Of a stretch of DNA of 64,000 bases, positions 14,905 through 27,241 are shown one piece after another. The notes beneath the pieces are model-generated. The model saw only the letters and a list, made by a program, of their open reading frames with translations, was not told where the DNA came from and ran no database searches. The DNA comes from Nemertoderma westbladi (Eukaryota > Animalia > Xenacoelomorpha), in contig JAUCBJ010003120.1 in the NCBI GenBank assembly GCA_032718475.1, positions 17,756 through 81,755 of the forward strand, read 5' to 3'. A program made the position numbers and the translations under genes. Each line of letters opens with the position of its first letter. Position 1 is the stretch's first letter.

Positions 14905-15414
14905 CTTAACGGAATCCAGAGAGCGGAGTGTCTGAACTGCGTTCCCTGCGTACACGTTCCTAACAAACGTTCCTTCATCATGCACCTCGGTCACATCCGA
15001 TATGGGAGCGACATCCAACACAGCCGCAACCCGGGGTATTAGATTCTTACCGAAAGCCGACGCCCCAGCAATGATGTGCGAGAATGGAGTCTCTTTGTGC
15101 GTTGCTGTCACTACCGGTGTTATCGCCTCCGGTAAGAATCCTTTAAACTCCGGACTGTCTGCTACTAGCACTTTGTTTACTCCGGGTATCTTAGCGACGG
15201 CATCCACGGCTTCCTGACAACCGGTCCCGGCGACCAGACAGACAATATCGCCGCCTAGCCGAGTTGCCGCAGTGACCGCGTTCCGAGTGAGTGGGACTAC
15301 TGAGTCGTTGGTGTGTTCCGCTATCACTAGAGTTGATGCAGGTCGGTTGCTAGGGTGCACCAGCCGAGCGCTGGCTCGCGGTCTAGGTAGTCTGCAGGCC
15401 GTAAGACGGTACAT
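14905..15414 (-). CDS. ETFA: ETFA exon 1 (mitochondrial presequence plus N-terminal domain)
   Basis: Arg-rich presequence, then STLVIAEH, AGASAFGKNLIPRVAAVLDVAPISDV and FVRNVYAGNA; AAG|GTAAAG donor. Confidence 0.95.
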
Positions 15415-15959
15415 GTTGAACGTAACGCTACTGCACCGGTAATGCTAGCTTAGGCCTACTCCTGTACACTGCAAACTATCAGACTATTACAGAAATAAAT
15501 AAGAACTGTGGCAGTATGCGTATCACTGGAGCTCTGCTCAAGTTCCTGCAGTTTTTAGTTTGTTTGTTTGTGGCTGCCTGGCTGGGTAGAATGTTTGAAC
15601 ACTAATAAGTCGGCCAAACATGGATGAAATGGAAGCAAACTTAAACTTATTACACATGTAGTCTCTCAAAACTCTAGAAATTCTACACACAGACAGACTT
15701 CTATAGTTCCTCTATATGCCGCTTGGGGGCATATTGACAGAAACGTCACGATTGGGTTTGTTTATACTAAAATGGCCACATCAATGACGAAAATCGTAAT
15801 TAGTGCTTTAAAATTATTTGAAATAAATGCAATTCCTTGTAATCTTCTAACTCCTTTTTGCGAAAAAGATAAATTAGCTGATTGTACACGTTAATAATTG
15901 TTACTTATTTGTATTAAAATTACTTTTTTTTATCTTTGATATTTATTTTTTTCCCTCAG

Positions 15960-16195
15960 GTCGTTCTCCCGGGATCTCTCGTCGCATAGCGACCGTAGCA
16001 GACGGCACGGCCGCTCGCGACGGTATTCGTCGTCGCCTGGATCGGTGTACGGAATCCATGAGGAACGAGGAAGGAACGGTGAGGAACGCCGACGAAATGG
16101 AGAGGAACGTGGACGAAACGCCAACCGGCCATCCATATCCGTCCCTATTGGAGCAAGTTACTATGACGACGCTGAGAAACAGTTGCAAAGCCATT
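15960..16195 (+). CDS. GPATCH8/ZNF804-family gene, exon C
   Basis: CCCTCAG acceptor, T|GTGAGT donor; RSFSRDLSSHSDRSRRHGRSRRYSSSP...EKQLQSH; phase 2 in and phase 1 out match the neighbours. Confidence 0.8.
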
Positions 16196-16292
16196 GTGAG
16201 TGACCCCTAGCTCACCTCTCTTATTATTTATTATTGCTATTTTATAGTGTGTTGTGTATCCTTATTTGGAGCTGCAATCAATAGATCCAATT

Positions 16293-18120
16293 GTGGGGCG
16301 AGCCACGAAGTTGGCGGAGCCTTAGCGAATTGACACTGTTAGGGGGTGGGTCAATTTATGCAAATAGTTGTCGTTGTCGTCGTCGTCGTCGTCGTTGTCG
16401 TCGTCGTTACGATTTTGACATGCTAATAACTTTGTCGGATTTAAAGCTGCCAAGTTGAAAATTTGTAGGTATCAATATGAGCAAAAGTTGAGATTTTTGA
16501 GAGACTTTCAGACACCATCAGTGCAATGGTCTCCCGCTAGAGGGCCACATGTCTAAACATTAAATGGCCACCCATTTCTTTGCTTTTAATCCGTTTAAGC
16601 TGAAACTTGGGAAGTATGTACTAGACCATTAGCTGTAAATTTCAAAGGAGGCTAATCTGTCTGCAGTTCTCCAGTCTGCCGCTAGAGGGCGAAATGTCCC
16701 GAATGTGAAATTATTCTTCCATTTAGTTGTTTATGATCTGATTACGCTGAAACTTGTCATATATGTACTAGATGACATCCTGAGTCTTTGTGTGGATTGT
16801 AATCGGTCCGAAGTTTTCCAGTCTGCCGGTAGAGGGCCACATGTCTAAACATTAAATGGCCACCCATTTCTTTGCTTTTAATCCGTTTAAGCTGAAACTT
16901 GGGAAGTATGTACTAGACCATTAGCTGTAAATTTCAAAGGAGGCTAATCTGTCTGCAGTTCTCCAGTCTGCCGCTAGAGGGCGAAATGTCCCGAATGTGA
17001 AATTATTCTTCCATTTAGTTGTTTATGATCTGATTACGCTGAAACTTGTCATATATGTACTAGATGACATCCTGAGTCTTTGTGTGGATTGTAATCGGTC
17101 CGAAGTTTTCCAGTCTGCCGGTAGAAGGCCACATGTCTAAACATTAAATGGCCACCCATTTCTTTGCTTTTAATCCGTTTAAGCTGAAACTTGGGAAGTA
17201 TGTACTAGACCATTAGCTGTAAATTTCAAAGGAGGCTAATCTGTCTGCAGTTCTCCAGTCTGCCGCTAGAGGGCGAAATGTCCCGAATGTGAAATTATTC
17301 TTCCATTTAGTTGTTTATGATCTGATTACGCTGAAACTTGTCATATATGTACTAGATGACATCCTGAGTCTTTGTGTGGATTGTAATCGGTCCGAAGTTT
17401 TCCAGTCTGCCGGTAGAGGGCCACATGTCTAAACATTAAATGGCCACCCATTTCTTTGCTTTTAATCCGTTTAAGCTGAAACTTGGGAAGTATGTACTAG
17501 ACCATTAGCTGTAAATTTCAAAGGAGGCTAATCTGTCTGCAGTTCTCCAGTCTGCCGCTAGAGGGCGAAATGTCCCGAATGTGAAATTATTCTTCCATTT
17601 AGTTGTTTATGATCTGATTACGCTGAAACTTGTCATATATGTACTAGAAGACATCCTAAGTCTTTGTGTGGACAGTAATCGGTCCGGAGTTTTCGAGTCT
17701 GCCGCTAGAGGGCGAAATGTAGGAAAGTGATAACCTTCGCGAATTCCTTGATCTTAATCTATTTAAGCTGAATTTTGGAATATACAGTACCGGTATGTAC
17801 TAGACCACATGCCTCGTCTTTGTGAGGAAGGTGATCGATCCGTAGTTCTTTAATATGCCGCTAGAGGGCTAAATGTATGAAATTGAAAACCTTCCAACAT
17901 TTCGTTATTTATGATCCGTCAATCGGAAACTTGGTAGATATGTAATAGACCATAGGCTGTGGCTTTGTAGGGAAACTAATCCTTCCTTCTTCAGTTACCC
18001 AGTCTCCCGCTAGAGGGTTAACGTTTTCCGGGAAAATCTTCTCCTATGTTTTTATAATCCTTTCGAGTTGATACTTAGCATTAACTCATTTCACGTGCTG
18101 CGCGAAGGCCCCACTTCGTG
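16293..18120 (+). mobile_element. Non-autonomous element (Helentron/HINE-like or MITE) with a (GTC)n microsatellite and central 146-bp tandem repeats
   Basis: Terminus GTGGGGCGAGCCACGAAG; (GTC)n at about 16370-16410; 146-bp monomers in 292-bp dimers; related reverse copies at 43530-43897, 44020-44330 and 52863-53123. Confidence 0.75.
16530..18020 (+). repeat. Tandem array of 146-bp monomers (292-bp dimers), each with CCG(C/G)TAGAGGG
   Basis: GCCGGTAG at 16825, 17117 and 17409 (292-bp period); alternate monomers carry GCCGCTAGAGGGCG; about 11 motif copies. Confidence 0.93.
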
Positions 18121-18321
18121 TATTGTATGGATGGTCCTGATTCCAAATCATTTTCATGGCGCATACACCAGGATATTTCGAATGGTTAGGCTGTAAAGCC
18201 TATAGGTTATGTTGGACAATACCTATACATTGTTTGGTCTATTTCTTATTGTTTTTAATAATAATGAAATGTTGTGGGTTGGAGTGACGGCGAATTAAAT
18301 ATATAATAATGTAATAGAACA

Positions 18322-18490
18322 GTATGATAATGCTCTCCATAGCGAAAATTCAACCGACCATGTGGGGGTTCGAACCCGGTAACTAGGTTTCAAACTTTCC
18401 GGTTATCATCAGCCGGGTGTGTGTGTCCTAAGGCAACTGAGCCACCAGGACGGATGACGAATTATTTCGCTATGGAGTGGGCTATCATAT
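18322..18490 (-). mobile_element. Short inverted-repeat element enclosing a tRNA-derived (A-box/B-box) SINE-like head
   Basis: Arms TATGATAATGCTCTCCATAGCGAAA and TTTCGCTATGGAGTGGGCTATCATA; the minus strand reads TGGTGGCTCAGTTG...GGGTTCGAACCC. Confidence 0.55.
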
Positions 18491-18875
18491 ATTGGCCTTT
18501 AAGATCACTCCAAGAGAAGTACAACGTTATTCCTGTGCTCTGCCGGTAACGACTAACTTGCCTCAAAGAATGACTATTATACAGTGTTGTAGAAACCACT
18601 GTAACCCCGTATGCCTGGCCCAGGCTGTTAATTAATAATAATAAGTGAATTGTTGTGGGGTGAGTGACGGTGAATTAAATTATTTATTAATATAATACAG
18701 TGTGTGTGGCAGCACATAAGGTCTGTAATATTGGGCATTAAAATATTGAGGGCGTCTGTGTGGAGGCTGTTGTTGTGTTGAGTTAATGGAGAAAAATAAC
18801 CGCCAACACCAATACTGTTTAGTGTTTGCTCGTTGCAAACACTAAACAATTATAAGTTAGGTGGCCAAAGGCAAG

Positions 18876-19151
18876 GCCCATGTGAAGAATACCAGACTTT
18901 CTGCCGTTATATTTCAGTTTGCAGTTACCCCCATGTGAAGAATACCAGGTTTTCACCAAAAACACAGGTTACAGAAGGGCTTAATCTAACCAAAACAATA
19001 AACTAATTAGTATATGTACAGGTTATAAGACAGAAATAAGCGCTATAAAACACTTAATAAAGATAAATTAAAAAATATAAAAAATCTTCATATATAAAAT
19101 TCCAATAAAAAGTCGACCGATTAGTGAAATCCTGGTATTCTTCACATGGGC
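18876..19151. mobile_element. MITE with GCCCATGTGAAGAATACCAG TIRs and a 5-bp GCAAG flanking duplication
   Basis: GCAAG|GCCCATGTGAAGAATACCAG ... CTGGTATTCTTCACATGGGC|GCAAG; an extra internal TIR copy at about 18930. Confidence 0.75.
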
Positions 19152-19231
19152 GCAAGGCAACCTCACTTATTCATCAATTTATGAGTTTCTCCTTCTTTTT
19201 TTCAATAAATCTTTGTTATTTATTTGTTTAG

Positions 19232-19671
19232 CTACAACGGTCGGGGACTACTCTTACCACCATTCAACCAATCACATCTCCCCGTCGCGCCAACCCACTG
19301 TGACCCTCACCTCGTTGGGTAGCAACCCGCCAAGGGGTCTCCCCAACCCATGTACGGGTCTCCACCTCATCCACCCGTCGCCGTTGGCAACCGGGGTGGT
19401 CGAGCGGGGCGAGAACGCGATGACGTTCTCGTTCGAGGAACTCTCGGAGATTCCGCTTCCCGATCCCGTCGAGGTCCGTCGATACGTCGTCAGCAGCCCC
19501 CCGCCGGAGTCTCCGGGCCCCGGCGGCTTCCTATTGGTGGATCCCAAGGTTGCCGTGGCAGCGGCCGCAGCCGCCGGTCTAACGCGCGTGGGCGTGGGTG
19601 GCGAGGTGCGCGACGGTCCCATAACCTACACCCCCGACCAAGTGGAGCAGTACAAAGAGCTGGCTGCTAAG
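19232..19671 (+). CDS. GPATCH8/ZNF804-family gene, exon D
   Basis: TTGTTTAG acceptor; ends PITYTPDQVEQYKELAAK|GTAAAC. Spliced to exon E it gives ITYTPDQVEQYKELAAKAQEHVQRSL, matching the conserved GPATCH8/ZNF804 motif ([26 protein letters not shown]). Confidence 0.85.
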
Positions 19672-22600
19672 GTAAACAAAGTGGCTGCTAATGTAAACAA
19701 ACTGGCTGCTAAGGTAAACACACTGGCTGCTATGGTAAACAAACTGGCTGCTAAGGTAAAAAAACTGGCTGCTAAGTTAAACACACTGGCTGCTAAGGTA
19801 AACAAACTGGCTGCTAAGGTAAACAAAGTGGCTGCTAAGGTAAACAAACTGGCTGCTAAGTTAAACAAACTGGCTGCTAAGGTAAACAAACTGGCTGCTA
19901 AGGTAAACAAACTGGCTGTTAAGTTAAACACACTGGCTGCTAAGGTAAACAAACTGGCTGCTAAGTTAAACACACTGGCTGCTAAGGTAAACAAACTGGC
20001 TGCTAAGGTAAACACACTGGCTGTTAAGGTAAACAAACTGGCTGCTAAGTTAAACACACTGGCTGCTAAGGTAAACAAACTGGCTGATAAGGTAAACAAA
20101 GTGGCTGCTAAGTTAAACACACTGGCTGCTAAGGTAAACAAACTGGCTGCTAAGTTAAACACACTGGCTGCTAAGGTAAACAAACTGGCTGCTAAGGTAA
20201 ACAAACTGGCTGCTAAGGTAAACACACTGGCTGCTAAGGTAAACAAACTGGCTGCTAAGGTAAACACACTGGCTGCTAAGGTAAACAAACTGGCTGCTAA
20301 GGTAAACAAAGTGGCTGCTAAGGTAAACAAACTGTTTGCTAAGGTAAACAAACTGGCTGCTAAGGTAAACAAACTGGCTGCTAAGGTAAGCACACTGGCT
20401 GCTAAGGTAAACAAACTGACTGCTAAGGTAAACACACTGGCTGCTAAGGTAAACAAACTGGCTGCTAAGGTAAACAAAGTGGCTGCTAAGGTAAACAAAC
20501 TGTTTGCTAAGGTAAACAAAGTGGCTGCTAAGGTAAACAAACTGGCTGCTAAGGTAAACACACTGGCTGCTATGGTAAACAAACTGGCTGCTAAGGTAAA
20601 CAAACTGGCTGCTAAGTTAAACACACTGGCTGCTAGGTAAACAAACTGGCTGCTAAGTTAAACACACTGGCTGCTAAGGTAAACAAACTGGCTGCTAAGG
20701 TAAACACACTGGCTGCTAAGGTAAACAAACTGGCTGCTAAGGTAAACACACTGGCTCCTAAGGTAAACAAACTGGCTGCTAAGTTAAACACACTGGCTGC
20801 TAAGGTAAACAAACTGGCTGCTAAGGTAAACAAAGTGGTTGCTAAGGCAAACAAAGTGGCTGCTAATGTAAACAAACTGGCTGCTAAGTTAAACACACTG
20901 GCTGCTAAGGTAAACAAACTGGCTGCTAAGTTAAACACACTGGCTGCTAAGGTAAACAAACTGGCTGCTAAGTTAAACACACTGGCTGCTAAGGTAAACA
21001 AACTGGCTGCTAAGGTAAACACACTGGCTGCTAAGGTAAACAAACTGGCTGCTAAGTTAAACAAACTGGCTGCTAAGTTAAACACACTGGCTGCTAAGGT
21101 AAACAAACTGGCTGCTAAGGTAAACAAAGTGGTTGCTAAGGCAAACAAAGTGGCTGCTAAGGTAAACTAACTGGCTGCTAAGGTAAACACACTGGCTGCT
21201 AAAGTAAACAAACTGGCTGCTAAGGTAAACAAACTGGCTGCTAAGTTAAACACACTGGCTGCTAAGGTAAACAAACTGGCTGCTAAGTTAAACACACTGG
21301 CTGCTTAGGTAAACAAACTGGCTGCTAAGGTAAACAAACTGGCTGCTAAGGTAAACACACTGGCTGCTAAGGTAAACAAACTGGCTGCTAAGTTAAACAC
21401 ACTGGCTGCTAAGGTAAACAAACTGGCTGCTAAGGTAAACAAAGTGGCTGCTAAGGTAAACAAACTGGCTGCTAAGGTAAACAAACTGGCTGCTAAGGTA
21501 AACAAACTGGCTGCTAAGTTAAACACACTGGCTGCTAAGGTAAACAAAGTGGCTGCTAAGGTAAACAAACTGGCTGCTAAGGTAAACAAACTGGCCGCTA
21601 AGGTAAACACACTGGCTGCTATGGTAAACAAACTGGCTGCTAAGGTAAACAAACTGGCTGCTAAGTTAAACACACTGGCTGCTAAGGTAAACAAACTGGC
21701 TGCTAAGGTAAACAAAGTGGCTGCTAAGGTAAACAAACTGGCTGCTAAGGTAAACACACTGGCTGCTAAGGTAAACAAACTGGCTGCTAAGGTAAACAAA
21801 CTGGCTGCTAAGGTAAACACACTGGCTGCTAAGGTAAACAAACTGGCTGCTAAGGTAAACACACTGGCTGCTAAGGTAAACAAACTGGCTGCTATGGTAA
21901 ACAAAGTGGCTGCTAAGGTAAACAAACTGTTTGCTAAGGTAAACAAACTGGCTGCTAATGTAAACAAACTGACTGCTAAGGTAAGCACACTGGCTGCTAA
22001 GGTAAACAAACTGACTGCTAAGGTAAACAAACTGGCTGCTAAGTTAAACACACTGGCTGCTAAGGTAAACAAACTGGCTGCTAAGGTAAACAAACTGTTT
22101 GCTAAGGTAAACAAACTGGCTGCTAAGGTAAACAAACTGGCTGCTAAGGTAAACACACTGGCTGCTATGGTAAACAAACTGGCTGCTAAGGTAAACAAAG
22201 TGGCTGCTAAGGTAAACAAACTGTTTGCTAAGGTAAACAAAGTGGCTGCTAAGGTAAACAAACTGGCTGCTAAGGTAAACACACTGGCTGCTATGGTAAA
22301 CAAACTGGCTGCTAAGGTAAACAAACTGGCTGCTAAGTTAAACACACTGGCTGCTAGGTAAACAAACTGGCTGCTAAGTTAAACACACTGGCTGCTAAGG
22401 TAAACAAACTGGCTGCTAAGGTAAACACACTGGCTGCTAAGGTAAACAAACTGGCTGCTAAGGTAAACACACTGGCTCCTAAGGTAAACAAACTGGCTGC
22501 TAAGTTAAACACACTGGCTGCTAAGGTAAACAAACTGGCTGCTAAGGTAAACAAAGTGGTTGCTAAGGCAAACAAAGTGGCTGCTAATGTAAACAAACTG

Positions 22601-25600
22601 GCTGCTAAGTTAAACACACTGGCTGCTAAGGTAAACAAACTGGCTGCTAAGTTAAACACACTGGCTGCTAAGGTAAACAAACTGGCTGCTAAGTTAAACA
22701 CACTGGCTGCTAAGGTAAACAAACTGGCTGCTAAGGTAAACACACTGGCTGCTAAGGTAAACAAACTGGCTGCTAAGTTAAACAAACTGGCTGCTAAGTT
22801 AAACACACTGGCTGCTAAGGTAAACAAACTGGCTGCTAAGGTAAACAAAGTGGTTGCTAAGGCAAACAAAGTGGCTGCTAAGGTAAACTAACTGGCTGCT
22901 AAGGTAAACACACTGGCTGCTAAAGTAAACAAACTGGCTGCTAAGGTAAACAAACTGGCTGCTAAGTTAAACACACTGGCTGCTAAGGTAAACAAACTGG
23001 CTGCTAAGTTAAACACACTGGCTGCTAAGGTAAACAAACTGGCTGCTAAGGTAAACAAACTGGCTGCTAAGGTAAACACACTGGCTGCTAAGGTAATCAA
23101 ACTGGCTGCTAAGTTAAACACACTGGCTGCTAAGGTAAACAAACTGGCTGCTAAGGTAAACAAAGTGGCTGCTAAGGTAAACAAACTGGCTGCTAAGGTA
23201 AACAAACTGGCTGCTAAGGTAAACAAACTGGCTGCTAAGTTAAACACACTGGCTGCTAAGGTAAACAAAGTGGCTGCTAAGGTAAACAAACTGGCTGCTA
23301 AGGTAAACAAACTGGCCGCTAAGGTAAACACACTGGCTGCTATGGTAAACAAACTGGCTGCTAAGGTAAACAAACTGGCTGCTAAGTTAAACACACTGGC
23401 TGCTAAGGTAAACAAACTGGCTGCTAAGGTAAACAAAGTGGCTGCTAAGGTAAACAAACTGGCTGCTAAGGTAAACACACTGGCTGCTAAGGTAAACAAA
23501 CTGGCTGCTAAGGTAAACAAACTGGCTGCTAAGGTAAACACACTGGCTGCTAAGGTAAACAAACTGGCTGCTAAGGTAAACACACTGGCTGCTAAGGTAA
23601 ACAAACTGGCTGCTATGGTAAACAAAGTGGCTGCTAAGGTAAACAAACTGTTTGCTAAGGTAAACAAACTGGCTGCTAATGTAAACAAACTGACTGCTAA
23701 GGTAAGCACACTGGCTGCTAAGGTAAACAAACTGACTGCTAAGGTAAACAAACTGGCTGCTAAGTTAAACACACTGGCTGCTAAGGTAAACAAACTGGCT
23801 GCTAAGGTAAACAAACTGTTTGCTAAGGTAAACAAACTGGCTGCTAAGGTAAACAAACTGGCTGCTAAGGTAAACACACTGGCTGCTATGGTAAACAAAC
23901 TGGCTGCTAAGGTAAACACACTGGCTGCTAAGGTAAACACACTGGCTGCTAAGGTAAACAAACTGGCTGCTAAGTTAAACAAACTGGCTGCTAAGGTAAA
24001 CAAACTGGCTGCTAAGGTAAACAAACTGGCTGCTAAGGTAAACAAACTGGCTGCTAAGTTAAACACACTGGCTGCTAAGGTAAACAAACTGGCTGCTAAG
24101 TTAAACACACTGGCTGCTAAGGTAAACAAACTGGCTGCTAAGGTAAACACACTGGCTGCTAAGGTAAACAAACTGGCTGCTAAGGTAAACACACTGGCTC
24201 CTAAGGTAAACAAACTAGCTGCTAAGTTAAACACACTGGCTTCTAAGGTAAACAAACTGGCTGCTAAGGTAAACAAAGTGGTTGCCAAGGCAAACAAAGT
24301 GGCTGCTAATGTAAACAAACTGGCTGCTAAGTTAAACACACTGGCTGCTAAGGTAAACAAACTGGCTGCTAAGTTAAACACACTGGCTGCTAAGGTAAAC
24401 AAACTGGCTGCTAAGTTAAACACACTGGCTGCTAAGGTAAACAAACTGGCTGCTAAGTTAAACACACTGGCTGTTAAGGTAAACAAACTGGCTGCTAAGT
24501 TAAACAAACTGGCTGCTAAGTTAAACACACTGGCTGCTAAGGTAAACAAACTGGCTGCTAAGGTAAACAAAGTGGTTGCTAAGGCAAACAAAGTGGCTGC
24601 TAAGGTAAACAAACTGGCTGCTAAGGTAAACACACTGGCTGCTAAGGTAAACAAACTGGCTGCTAAGGTAAACAAACTGGCTGCTAAGTTAAACACACTG
24701 GCTGCTAAGGTAAACAAACTGGCTGCTAAGTTAAACACACTGGCTGCTAAGGTAAACAAACTGGCTGCTAAGGTAAACAAACTGGCTGCTAAGGTAAACA
24801 CACTGGCTGCTAAGGTAAACAAACTGGCTGCTAAGTTAAACACACTGGCTGCTAAGGTAAACAAACTGGCTGCTAAGTTAAACACACTGGCTGCTAAGGT
24901 AAACAAACTGGCTGCTAATGTAAACAAACTGGCTGCTAAGTTAAACAAACTGGCTGCTAAGGTAAACAAACTGGCTGCTAAGGTAAACAAACTGGCTGCT
25001 AAGGTAAACAAACTGGCTGCTAAGTTAAACACACTGGCTGCTAAGGTAAACAAACTGGCTGCTAAGTAAGGTAGACAAACTGGCAGCTAAGTTAAACACA
25101 CTGGCTGCTAAGTTAAACACACTGGCTGCTAAGGTAAACAAACTGGCTGCTAAGGTAAAAAAACTGGCTGTTAAGTTAAACACACTGGCTGCTAAGGTAA
25201 ACACACTGGCTGCTAAGGTAAACAAACTGGCTGCTAAGGTAAACAAACTGGCTGCTAATGTAAACAAAGTGGTTGCTAAGGCAAACAAACTGGCTGCTAA
25301 TGTAAACAAAGTGGTTGCTAAGGCAAACAAAGTGGCTGCTAAGGTAAACAAACTGGCTGCTAAGTTAAACACACTGGCTGCTAATGTAAACAAACTGGCT
25401 GCTAAGGTAAACAAAGTGGTTGCTAAGGCAAACAAAGTGGCTGCTAAGGTAAACAAAGTGGTTTCTAAGGCAAACAAACTGGCTGCTAATGTAAACAAAG
25501 TGGTTGCTAAGGCAAACAAAGTGGCTGCTAAGGTAAACAAACTGGCTGCTAAGTTAAACACACTGGCTGCTAATGTAAACAAACTGGCTGCTAAGGTAAA

Positions 25601-25882
25601 CAGAGTGGTTGCTAAGGCAAACAAAGTGGCTGCTAAGGTAAACAAACTGGCTGTTAAGTTAAACACACTGGCTGCTAATGTAAACAAAGTGGCTGCTAAG
25701 GTAAACAAAGTGGTTGCTAAGGCAACAAAGTGGCTGCTAAGGTAAACAAAGTGGTTGCTAAGCTAAACACACTGGCTGCTAAGGTAAACAAAGTGGCTGC
25801 TAAGGTAAACAAAGTGGTTGCTAAGGCAAACAAAGTGGCTGCTAAGGTAAACAAAGTGGTTGCTAAGGCAAACAAACTGGCT
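19660..25882 (+). repeat. About 6.2-kb 21-bp minisatellite (CTGGCTGCTAAG|GTAAACAAA), about 296 copies, an amplified exon D/intron junction
   Basis: The first unit is the exon end plus donor; a 1721-bp higher-order repeat is visible (20633/22354, 20835/22556, 21444/23165). Confidence 0.97.
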
Positions 25883-25995
25883 GAGTGGCAAAAAAGTATA
25901 AAATTAGTGAAAGAAGGACTTTCTTTCACTAATGTTTTACTTTTTTTCACTCGTTGGCATTATAAAAACTTTCCAACCCACATAAAACTTAACCA

Positions 25996-26946
25996 TATAG
26001 TTTACATATAGTTAACATATAACATATAGTTAACATATAGTTTACTAAATACTAATGTTGGGTGCATGCTCGATGGCGTACTTTATAATAACTTAATGTA
26101 CGCCGATGACATTGGTTTACTATCAAACTCAATGGTAGGGTTACAACGACTCATTCATAAATGCGAAAACTATGCCATAGCCCACGGCATAGTATTTAAT
26201 ATTAAGAAATCGAAAGTAATGCACTTTAAACCAAAGTCATGCGCTTCTACAGCCATTTCTCCTGTGTACCTCTGTGGTAGGGAACTCGAAAAAACTGATA
26301 AGTTTTCATATTTAGGCCATATCATCCACGAGACTAGGGATGATGACTACGACATTAAGAAATGTACAAGAGGTTTATATGCTCGTGCGAACTTATTGTT
26401 ACGTAAATTTTCAGTTTGTTCAGTCTCTGTGAAAACTAGATTGTTCCGTGCACTCATTACACCTCTATACTGTAACGCATATGGTCTCGTAGTAATTACT
26501 CGTCGTCAGTATATAATAGGATTAGGGTGGCCTACAACAACGCGGCAAGGAAGTTATTTTCAATTCCTCCGCTGTCTAGTATGTCACTATTTTTTGGTTC
26601 TCACAATTTGCCTTGTTTTGTGCACGCACGTACGTCACCACTCTGTAACCAGTTTATTCTCTAGAATTGAATCATCCGCCAATCATATTGTAGGCCATAT
26701 TTTTCGTTGTACCGTAGGCTCAAGGCTACAGTCCATGCGCAATAGTTCCTTACTATTTTGATTATTAACGATTAGACTTACTATAATATAAAATATGTAA
26801 TATTTTTCATTCTACTTTAGTTACTTTCTACCGTATAGCTAGTTACCTTATAGTCTGTTAGTTACACTATATTTAATATTTGTGCTATTATTATGTAATG
26901 TACACTGATATGAACCATAGTCGGTTTGGTGTAAATAAATAAATAA
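25996..26946 (+). mobile_element. 5'-truncated non-LTR retrotransposon (L2/CR1-group-like RT C-terminus) with (TAAA)n tail and 14-bp TSD
   Basis: YADDIGLLS...FNIKKSKVM...YLGHII; a frameshift near PLYC; TAAA tail at about 26932-26950; TSD ATAAAACTTAACCA at 25982-25995 and 26947-26960. Confidence 0.88.
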
Positions 26947-27093
26947 ATAAAACTTAACCACTCGGTCAGAATAGTTGAATTTCACTAAATTGAAATCAAA
27001 GTTATATCGCTTTAATCCTTTACAGTCCAAATATTTACCCAGAATGCTAATTTCTGAATTTTTATTGATCTTCTAATTTACTGTTTTCTCAAG

Positions 27094-27241
27094 GCCCAAG
27101 AACATGTACAACGATCCCTACACAAACAAGATTTAGCTAATAAAGGACTAACTGAAGGCGAAATAGACAAGGTAATGGCAAGCGAAGACGCGGAGAAACT
27201 TCGAGTTCATATAGAACAGCAACTGAGGGAGAAAGCCCAAG
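27094..27241 (+). CDS. GPATCH8/ZNF804-family gene, exon E (not in the ORF track)
   Basis: TTTTCTCAAG acceptor, G|GTAAAT donor; AQEHVQRSLHKQDLANKGLTEGEIDKVMASEDAEKLRVHIEQQLREKAQ; phase 0 in. Confidence 0.8.

Noticed and set aside
19626-25950. Minus-strand FTLAASL ORFs and standalone plus-strand LAAKVNK ORFs as independent genes
   Set aside because: These are translations of the 21-bp array; only the exon D-contiguous frame has a plausible route to expression.
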